64,000 nucleotides of DNA from Firmicutes bacterium UBA5766 (GCA_002418775.1 DIEU01000001.1:9551-73550); one strand, 5' to 3'. Shown: positions 39,538 to 46,965, counted from the first letter of the stretch. Notes: generated from the sequence alone by a model not told the origin. Numbers and translations are program-made.

Positions 39538-41091
39538 CTATACCGCCTTGAAAAGCAACGGATGCAGCTTGTTGGCGCGAGAATGGTACTCTGTGTGCAG
39601 CAGTTCTTCCGCCAGTTCACTCATTGGGTGTTCCAGAAAATTTTGATATAGAGTCGCCACTTCTGCATTCTCGTAGCTCTTGCGCTTGGGCAATGAAGTA
39701 TCGGCTTTGTAAAGAGCGGCAAGGCGCTGTTCGCGTATTGCGTCTGTGGGAGGGACAGCAGTGCGTGGTTGACCGCCGCCGGCGATGCAGCCGCCCGGGC
39801 AGGTCATGAATTCAACAAAGTGCCAGGGAGCATTTCCGGCGCGCACAGCGTCCAAAACCTTACGTCCGTTGGCCATACCGTGACATACGGCGACACGGAG
39901 CGTTCCCACTCCCGGTATATCCGCCGCCGCTTCCTTAACACCATCCATGCCGCGCACCGGAGTCAAGTTCAGGAACAGGGCAGGCGGTTCCTGACCGGTA
40001 ATCAAAAAGTAGGCTGCTCTTGCGGCAGCTTCCATAACTCCTCCGGTCGCGCCGAAAATAATTGCTCCGCCTGTTTCTTCACCCATAATAGGATCATAGT
40101 GTTCTTCGGGAAGGGATGTAAAATCAATCTTATTCTTTTTAATCATCCGGGCTAGTTCCCTGGTTGTAAGGACATAGTCTACGTCTTTAAAACCGCTGTC
40201 ATTCATTTCAGGCCTGTTGCATTCGAATTTCTTGGCTGTACAGGGCATAATGGATACAGAAACAATGCTGGCGGGGTCGATTCCTCTTGCCTTGGCATAA
40301 TAAGTTTTGGCTAAAGCGCCGAACATCTGCTGGGGCGATTTGCATGATGATATATTGGGAAGCAGATCGGGGTAGAAATACTCGCAAAACTTAATCCAGC
40401 CCGGTGAGCAGGAAGTGAATTGCGGCAGGGGCCTTTTAACCTCCCCTTTAATCCGCTTGAGCAGTTCTGTGCCCTCTTCCATAATTGTCAGGTCGGCGGT
40501 AAAGTTTGTATCAAGGACAGCGTCAAAGCCAAGCCTTCTTAAGGCTGCTATCTGCTGCCCTTCTACCTATGTGCCAGGGGGGGGGAGGCCGAACTCCTCT
40601 CCCAGGGCGACTCTTGTCGCAGGCGCTGTTTGAATTAGAACAAACTTGTTTTGATCGTTGATAGCATCATATACTTTGTCAGTATCGTCACGCTCGCTGA
40701 TTGCCTCGGTAGGACAGGCCATGGAACACTGTTCGCAGTGAATGCAGATCGTTTCGTCAACTATTGGCAAGCTGTAATAACCAAAGACACTCTCAATGTT
40801 TTCGCAAGTCTCCAGGCACTGCCCGCATAAAACGCATTTTTGATTGTCACGCATAATGGATGGATTGTCCAGGTCAATGGGAACACGGCCGCGTACCTGA
40901 GCCGGAAAAGTACCTGCGGCATTGTACTGGTTTGGCAACCAGCCTTCGCCGCCCGGGCGTTTCGGGTTCTTGTCGTCGCAGCCGGCCAGAGCGCCGGTTA
41001 AACCGGCCAACAGCCCCATGCTTGTTGCCATTTTTAGAAAGGAACGGCGAGTAACTGCTTTGTTATCTGGGCAACTGGCGCCATCTTTCAT
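39538..41091 (-). pseudogene. hydA: Tat-exported [FeFe]-hydrogenase catalytic subunit interrupted by one in-frame TAG (40567-40569)
   Basis: The N-terminal ORF (174 aa) has TRRSFLK, LAGC and two CxxCxxCxxxC(P) ferredoxin motifs, and ends ...QTAPATRVALGEEFGLPPPGT. The C-terminal ORF has MPCTAKKFE and EFMTCPGGCIAGGGQP. Both are in one frame, and the 28 intervening codons read as hydrogenase (VEGQQIAALRRLGFDAVLDTNFTADLTI). Confidence 0.88.
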
Positions 41092-41250
41092 AACTACTTT
41101 TCCTCCTCCTCCAATTCAAAAAATGGTTAAAAAAATGGTGAATCTTATCTCTGCAGCCTGTCCACCTCCAGATGAAAAATCATAATACACAAGGGCAAAG
41201 CAAAGCGCTTTCTTTCCGGAAAGCAAAAACAAGGCTGTTTAGAAAAATAA

Positions 41251-41302
41251 AAATACCACGGTTTTTCATCCTTCTGGACGAATGAAAACCTCCGTGGTAT
41301 TT
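41251..41302 (-). terminator. Strong intrinsic terminator with no gene upstream of it
   Basis: On the minus strand, AAATACCACGG(AG)GTTTTCAT-(12 nt loop)-ATGAAAAACCGTGGTATTT gives a 9+7 bp stem and is followed by TTATTTTTC. It lies about 160 nt upstream of the hydrogenase start. Confidence 0.55.
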
Positions 41303-41731
41303 CATTAAAAATAAAAAATTTCTGAATTTACTTATAAGGAATAAAAACACACAGCTGGCTTCAGCCAACATTAATTTGTTGAATTATATATTTAACTTTG
41401 GACTATGTCAACAGAAAAATTTCATGTGTGTTATTAATAAGCGGTAATGGAATGTTATAAATCAACAATCAGGGAAAATATTATCACTCTCCTGGCAGGG
41501 AACCGTCCCCTATGAAGAAATTTCTGTTGACAAAAATAGTGATATTCTATACTTTTAAATAAGAAAATGGAATATTTATGAAAGAAGTTTAGTAATTTCA
41601 AGGTAACTATGTCATATTGTTACAGACTTTTTTATCAAAATTTAGGAATTAAAAATATTTGATGGAGGTGATTAATAGAAACGAAAAATCAATCTAGTGT
41701 ATGAATATGAAAAAAGTGGGGGGATTTATTT

Positions 41732-43813
41732 ATGAAAAAAGCGTCAATAGTTATTGCGGTGTTGCTTTTGTTTTTATGTTTCTGTGGTGTAGCTTCCGCA
41801 GAAAATGTTGCAAAAGGGAAGTGGGCGGAACAGTCCAGTACGGATTATAATGCGCCACCGACTAGGGCTGTAGATGGAAATACTGATGGTAAATTTTGGA
41901 ATGGTTCGGTATCCCATACTAAGTTTGAGCACACTCCCTGGTGGCAGGTCGATCTGGGGGCCTCTTACTACATTAACAGCGTTATTATCAGCAACAGGAC
42001 TGATTGTTGCGGAGAGAGGTTGAGTGACTATTACGTTTTTGTTTCTGATAGTCCATTCACAACTAACGATGTGAATGCTCTTGCAGGGCAGAGTAATGTA
42101 GGCAAATTCTATATTTCAGGTCCAAACGGTTTGCAAAATCAGTTAAGCATTAACCGGAGCGGGCGTTATGTCAGGATACAACTAACTGGAGACAATTATC
42201 TTCATATAGCTGAGGTGGAAGTTTTGACTTCTGGTGTGAGCACTTCCTCTGCCTCCATTAACGCTACCGTTAGCCCTGGAACCTTGGACATAACAGTTAA
42301 ATACTCCGGGGCTCCTGGAAACGCAAAGGATTGGATTGGTTTTTACAAAGTAGGTTCTGCAGACAATGGATATATCAGTTATCAGTATTTAAACGGCAAT
42401 AAGAGCGGATCTCTAGCTTTCAAGGCGCCAGAACCCGGCGCCTATAATTTCCGCATGTTTGAAAATGATGGCTACAAATTACTTGCCACCAGCAACAATT
42501 TAGTAGCGGCATATAGCGCAAGCTTGACGGCAAAACTTGACGCCTCCGGAGAAAATATTACAGTTACTTACTCCATGGGTCCTGGGAACGCGAAGGATTG
42601 GATAGGTATATACAAAGTAGGCGCTGCAGACAATGGATATATCAGTTATCAGTATTTAAACGGCAATAAGAATGGCTCACTTACTTTCAAGGCGCCGGCA
42701 GTTTCCAATGTGCCACAAGTCGGCACTTATAATTTCCGCATGTTTGTAAATGACGGCTATACACTGCTTGCTACCAGCAACGAAATAGTAATTGGTCAGT
42801 CGACTTACAACTTGACGGCAACACTAAGTGGGGGCAATATCACAGTTACATACTCCGGGGCGCCCGGCAACGCGAGGGATTGGATCGGCATTTACAAAGT
42901 AGGCGCTGCAGACAATGGATATATCAGTTATCAGTATTTAAACGGCAAAAAGTCAGGCTCACTTAATTTCACAGCGCCGACAACCGCAGGTTCTTATAAT
43001 TTCCGTATGTTTGTAAATGACGGCTATACACTGCTTGCTACCAGCAACGAAGTAGTTATTGGTCAGCAAACTTCCGAACAAAATCTGAAAGCAGCCCCAG
43101 GTGACGGCAAGGTTTATCTGAGCTGGAATAAAGACACAAACACCAGCGTGATAGGTTATCACCTTTTCAGGGGCACATCCAGCGGCGGGGAAACCTCAAC
43201 CCCGGTAACGGACTTTGCAATAAAAGAAACCTCCTACGCCGACCCCAATGTCAGCAACGGGATTAAGTATTGCTATATTATGAAGCCGGTTTATAGTGGC
43301 GAAAAGCTAGGCGGAGCTTCCAACGAAGCCTGCGCGACACCGACGCCAAACAGTGGAGGTTCGTCTGGAGGATCCGGAAGCGGAACAGGAACAGGAACCG
43401 GAACCGGGACCGATAATCCCGTAGCAAAGGGAACAAAGATCGTTCTCCTGATCAACAATCCTTACATGACAGTAAACGACGTCAGTAAAGAAATAGACCC
43501 TGGCCGGGGAACAGTGCCCCTTATTTTGAAGGGTAGGACCCTTTTGCCAATCCGGTCTATTGTCGAAGCCATAGGCGGAGAGATTAAATGGAACGAATCT
43601 GAACGAAAAGTAACCATCCTTGTAGGAGCAACTACGATAGAAATGTGGATAGACAGTACTAACACGCGTGTTAACGGGTCTAATAGAACAACAGATGTTG
43701 CTCCTGCAATAATCAACGGAAGAACAATGCTTCCCCTGAGGTTTGTAGCAGAAAACCTGGGCGCTAATGTGAATTGGGACTCCGTAAATTACAAAATAAC
43801 GCTCCTCTTTTAA
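41732..43813 (+). CDS. Secreted multidomain surface protein: F-type lectin, three repeats, FN3, GS/GT linker, copper-amine-oxidase-N-like domain
   Basis: 693 aa with a signal peptide (...CGVASA). The lectin domain has SHTKFEHTPWWQVDLG...NRTDCCGERL. Three repeats of 89-96 aa carry DWIG[IF]YKVG..DNGYISYQYLNG...YNFRMF.NDGY.LLATSN. An FN3-like segment and SGGSSGGSGSGTGTGTGTGT follow. The C-terminus reads ...GRTLLPIRSIVEAIGG...GRTMLPLRFVAENLGA. Confidence 0.85.
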   Translation: MKKASIVIAVLLLFLCFCGVASAENVAKGKWAEQSSTDYNAPPTRAVDGNTDGKFWNGSVSHTKFEHTPWWQVDLGASYYINSVIISNRTDCCGERLSDYYVFVSDSPFTTNDVNALAGQSNVGKFYISGPNGLQNQLSINRSGRYVRIQLTGDNYLHIAEVEVLTSGVSTSSASINATVSPGTLDITVKYSGAPGNAKDWIGFYKVGSADNGYISYQYLNGNKSGSLAFKAPEPGAYNFRMFENDGYKLLATSNNLVAAYSASLTAKLDASGENITVTYSMGPGNAKDWIGIYKVGAADNGYISYQYLNGNKNGSLTFKAPAVSNVPQVGTYNFRMFVNDGYTLLATSNEIVIGQSTYNLTATLSGGNITVTYSGAPGNARDWIGIYKVGAADNGYISYQYLNGKKSGSLNFTAPTTAGSYNFRMFVNDGYTLLATSNEVVIGQQTSEQNLKAAPGDGKVYLSWNKDTNTSVIGYHLFRGTSSGGETSTPVTDFAIKETSYADPNVSNGIKYCYIMKPVYSGEKLGGASNEACATPTPNSGGSSGGSGSGTGTGTGTGTDNPVAKGTKIVLLINNPYMTVNDVSKEIDPGRGTVPLILKGRTLLPIRSIVEAIGGEIKWNESERKVTILVGATTIEMWIDSTNTRVNGSNRTTDVAPAIINGRTMLPLRFVAENLGANVNWDSVNYKITLLF
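42256..43070 (+). repeat. Three tandem coding repeats of about 265-290 bp with long identical nucleotide stretches
   Basis: Units start near 42256, 42521 and 42809. For example, GCAGACAATGGATATATCAGTTATCAGTATTTAAACGGCAA occurs three times, and ATAATTTCCG[CT]ATGTTTGTAAATGACGGCTATACACTGCTTGCTACCAGCAACGAA occurs twice. Confidence 0.9.
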
Positions 43814-43954
43814 AGACAGCAGAGTACTACGGGCGGCAGGTAAATAAAATTATCAGGGAGCATTACTAAAATAGGGAAAAGACTGACAAGGAAAATGAAG
43901 AAGCTAAAGCAAACAACACATATCGTTATTTAGTAGATTAATAATGAAAGATAT

Positions 43955-44000
43955 CTGATAAGATAAAAAAGCGGAGTATCTGCTTTTTTATCTTTATCAG
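43955..44000. terminator. Long A/T-flanked hairpin (bidirectional terminator) after the surface-protein gene
   Basis: CTGATAAGATAAAAAAGC-(loop GGAGTATCT)-GCTTTTTTATCTTTATCAG, an 18-bp stem with one bulge. Confidence 0.7.
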
Positions 44001-44386
44001 GCACATAATCTAAATCCAGACAAAAATTATAGTGTGATTAGTTTAAGAGGGTATTTACAAAGAACGAACTGTATGGTATCATACCTTACAATAGTTAAAA
44101 TAGAATATTTCTATCAATATTCTTCATTTTTTGCGATTAGTCGCATCATTTCTCAGCCCAAATTATTTTGCAAGTTACTCAAAAACCAAGAGCTATTTGT
44201 AAGGATATTATTTGCGCAGCTTTAATCATCGTATTTCAAGATATGCGATTATCCCGGCGAGTTAAGTAATCAGGCAATAAATTAAAGTGCATCGTATAGG
44301 AGATACATGACTGGAGTTGTTTACAAATGTTGGAATGAAAATTCAGGGTAATATATAAGGTATTGGGAAGCGAGGTGATCTAAATA

Positions 44387-44536
44387 ATGAATGAGCTGAT
44401 CTGGTCCGAGCCGCAAATAAAGGAAATTGAAATTAAGATGACAGAACTCAACAAAATTGGATTCAGTACTGATGCGTATTCTTCTTCCATACCCGGCTTG
44501 GTTGGGCGTTTAGAGCCTAATCAGCCCTGCTCTTAG
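44387..44536 (+). CDS. Lasso-peptide-type RiPP precursor 1 (49 aa, below the ORF-track cut-off)
   Basis: Hand-translated as MNELIWSEPQIKEIEIKMTE/LNKIGFSTDAYSSSIPGLVGRLEPNQPCS. GAGGTGA lies 8 nt upstream. It is paralogous to the next ORF and lies upstream of an AsnB-like enzyme and an ABC exporter. Confidence 0.75.
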   Translation: MNELIWSEPQIKEIEIKMTELNKIGFSTDAYSSSIPGLVGRLEPNQPCS

Positions 44537-44611
44537 TGTTGATGTGCAATACATTATGACCACAGGTCCTTTATCTGTTATATACTAATGAGAAGGCGAG
44601 GTGATATAGAA

Positions 44612-44770
44612 ATGAAAAAACTGATCTGGTCCGAACCTCAAATAGCAGAAATTGAAGTCAAAATAACAAGGGATTTTAATAAAGTAGGATTTAATGATGA
44701 TCTATATACACAAGCTACGAATGGTGAACTTCAGGGGGATATATGTCCTGCGGGATCGTGTGGATCATGA
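44612..44770 (+). CDS. Lasso-peptide-type RiPP precursor 2 (52 aa)
   Basis: MKKLIWSEPQIAEIEVKITR/DFNKVGFNDDLYTQATNGELQGDICPAGSCGS, with the same GAGGTGA SD. The track ORF (44588) adds 8 unlikely N-terminal residues. Confidence 0.78.
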   Translation: MKKLIWSEPQIAEIEVKITRDFNKVGFNDDLYTQATNGELQGDICPAGSCGS

Positions 44771-44955
44771 TTTTAATTCTAAAAATGTAATAGCGGAGCA
44801 GCTTTTTTAGTTTTCACAATGCTCTATTAAAATGACTGATGGTCAGTCGACAGCAGAGTGTCCCCCGGAGGATGTAACATACATTCGGTTTTTAATCAAA
44901 GTTGCCTAAGAATATTGATTTTGGCGGCAAGAAGCTAAGAGGCCTTTAAAATATA

Positions 44956-44984
44956 GGCACAAGGCTTGTGCCGTTTTATTTTTT
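44956..44984 (+). terminator. Intrinsic terminator/attenuator between the precursor genes and the cyclase gene
   Basis: GGCACAAGGCTTGTGCC hairpin followed by GTTTTATTTTTT, 37 nt before ATG 45022. Confidence 0.7.
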
Positions 44985-45021
44985 AATTTACACGATTACA
45001 CAAAGACGGTGAAAATCGAAA

Positions 45022-46965
45022 ATGAGCGCCATATGCGGCATTTATTATCTTGACGGCAGGCCGGTTGCCATGGAGACAGGCACAGCCATGATGCGCGAAT
45101 TAAGTATCTATCATGCGGATGATACTGGAGTCTGGCGAGATGGGCACGTATTTATGGGCTGCCATGCCCGTCATGTTACTCCTGAGTCGGTGCAAGAAAT
45201 TCTCCCGTTTCGCGATGACGAGGCAGGTTTATTAATAACAGCGGATGCTTTTATTGATAACCGGGTTGATTTACATGACAGGCTAGGCATTGATTATTCT
45301 CTTCGGGACAATATGACGGACAGTCAGCTTATTTTGCAGGCTTACCGGAAATGGGGCCAGGACTGCTTAAAATATCTTATAGGTGATTTTTCCTTTGTCA
45401 TTTGGGACGAAAAGCGGCAAAAACTGTTTTGCGCTGTGGATCATACAGGTACAAGAGCATTATATTATTTCCGTTCGTCAGAACTTTTTGCCTTTTCAAC
45501 TTTGATCAAACCATTATTTGTGCTGCCGGAGATTACCAAGGAGTATGATGAAAATTGGATCGCCGATTTCCTGGCTATGCCTTCCGTAATGCATCAACTG
45601 GATGCAGAGTTGACCTTATATAGGAATATTTATTTGCTGCCTGCAGGACATACTCTGACAGTATGCCCCAGTGGAGCGGAAAAGCATGTTTACTGGCAAA
45701 TCGAAAGGTATAATGAATTAAAATTAAAGACGGATCATGAATACGAAGAAGCTTTACTGGAAGTTCTTGGTGAAGCAATTCGATGCCGCAAGCGGTGTAT
45801 TCGTCCGGTGGGTGTGATGATGAGTGGAGGACTGGATTCCACCTCGGTGGCCTGTTTGGCTGCCCGGGAAATGGCTGTAAGCGGCCTGCGGCTCCAGGTA
45901 TTTAGCGCTGTACCTATGCTTGGCTATCGGGATTGGGTTCCCGCCGGGATGTTGGCTGATGAGACACCACTTATTGAAGCAGTAAGGGAACATACTGGAA
46001 ATATCGATGTTACATATTGCCGCTCTGAAGGAAAACACTCTTTAAGCGATACCGGCCGGTTTTTGGCAGTATTGGAGCAGCCTTACAAGATTATTGAGAA
46101 CCTGCTCTGGATTGACAGTATTATGATGACGGCGCAGGAATGTAATATCGGTGTCATGTTAATAGGAAGCGCGGGCAATATAACAATTTCATGGGGCGAT
46201 TCTTCATCATATCTGATGTCATTGCTAAAATCTGGTCAATGGTGGCAGTTTCTGCGCGAAAGCCGGAACACAGCCAGGCGTTACCGCAGACCGTTAAAGG
46301 CGTGGCTTAGGTTAATGGATAGAATGCTTCCATATAACTTAAAAATAAATATAAATAGAATCAAAGACCGCGATTGGCACAAGAAGATGCAAGGCCTGTC
46401 TCCCATAAACCCGGATTTTGCACGTTACATTAATGTGCAGGAGAGATTTCGCCGGTTTGGGTATGATCCATATTATTTAAGGCAACTGGACTCTTTTGAA
46501 TCTCGAAAAAAGTATTTTAAACCGGATTTATTCAGTCATCTTGGCGTCATTATGACCAAACATTCGTTGGCTTATGGAATACCGCTGCGTGACCCGACAA
46601 TGGATAAGCGGGTAATCGAATTTTGTCTCAGTTTGCCGGAAAACCAGTATGTGCGCAATGGCCGGGACAGGTTTTTGATCCGTCGGGCTATGAAAGGCAT
46701 TTTGCCTGACGAAGTGCGGCAGAACGTGACGATGCATGGTAAGCAGAACGCCGATTTAGCCCAGCGACTGCAATCTTGCTGGACGGAACTGGCTGAAGAA
46801 ATAAAAGATATCGGCCTTTTGGAAACTGAGCGAAAGTATCTTGATGTTGCCAAAATTCGGTTTGAACTAGAAAAATATAAAACCATAAATGATGATGCGG
46901 CAGATGACTTCGGCTTGCGTATGTTAATACGCAGTCTAATCTTCAGCAGGTTTTTAAGACAGTAA
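45022..46965 (+). CDS. Asparagine-synthetase-fold enzyme, putative lasso-peptide macrolactam cyclase (C protein)
   Basis: 647 aa. The N-terminal Ntn-amidotransferase-like domain starts MSAICGIYY. The PP-loop reads VGVMMSGGLDSTSVACL. Its context is after the precursors and before the ABC exporter. Confidence 0.8.
   Translation: MSAICGIYYLDGRPVAMETGTAMMRELSIYHADDTGVWRDGHVFMGCHARHVTPESVQEILPFRDDEAGLLITADAFIDNRVDLHDRLGIDYSLRDNMTDSQLILQAYRKWGQDCLKYLIGDFSFVIWDEKRQKLFCAVDHTGTRALYYFRSSELFAFSTLIKPLFVLPEITKEYDENWIADFLAMPSVMHQLDAELTLYRNIYLLPAGHTLTVCPSGAEKHVYWQIERYNELKLKTDHEYEEALLEVLGEAIRCRKRCIRPVGVMMSGGLDSTSVACLAAREMAVSGLRLQVFSAVPMLGYRDWVPAGMLADETPLIEAVREHTGNIDVTYCRSEGKHSLSDTGRFLAVLEQPYKIIENLLWIDSIMMTAQECNIGVMLIGSAGNITISWGDSSSYLMSLLKSGQWWQFLRESRNTARRYRRPLKAWLRLMDRMLPYNLKININRIKDRDWHKKMQGLSPINPDFARYINVQERFRRFGYDPYYLRQLDSFESRKKYFKPDLFSHLGVIMTKHSLAYGIPLRDPTMDKRVIEFCLSLPENQYVRNGRDRFLIRRAMKGILPDEVRQNVTMHGKQNADLAQRLQSCWTELAEEIKDIGLLETERKYLDVAKIRFELEKYKTINDDAADDFGLRMLIRSLIFSRFLRQ

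Noticed and set aside
40405-40407. The Ser codon TCA at the H-cluster ligand position is one substitution from TGA, which raised the idea of a former selenocysteine site.
   Set aside because: No [FeFe]-hydrogenase selenoprotein is known, no SECIS-like hairpin is evident downstream, and the idea adds nothing testable beyond the motif-deviation finding.
40577-40585. G9 (C9 on the coding strand) homopolymer next to the hydrogenase break, first suspected as a slip-strand frameshift or phase-variation switch.
   Set aside because: Codon counting shows both hydrogenase ORFs are in the same frame at the present tract length. Changing the tract by one nt either way would create new stops. The lesion is the TAG, not the homopolymer.
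42256-43070. Regularly spaced repeats, checked as a possible CRISPR array.
   Set aside because: The units are about 270 bp, lie in frame inside one long ORF and encode a repeated protein domain. There are no short direct repeats with unique spacers and no cas genes.
44034-44225. 63-aa ORF upstream of the precursors, considered as the missing RRE/B1 of the lasso locus.
   Set aside because: The frame is AT-rich and runs of Ile/Phe/Leu/Tyr dominate it. It has no SD and none of the winged-helix PqqD-like pattern, and it is too short for B2.
44832-44909. 25-aa ORF (MTDGQSTAECPPEDVTYIRFLIKVA) between precursor 2 and the terminator, considered as a third precursor or mini-RRE.
   Set aside because: It has no SD, no similarity to the two precursors' leader, and is too short for any known accessory protein.
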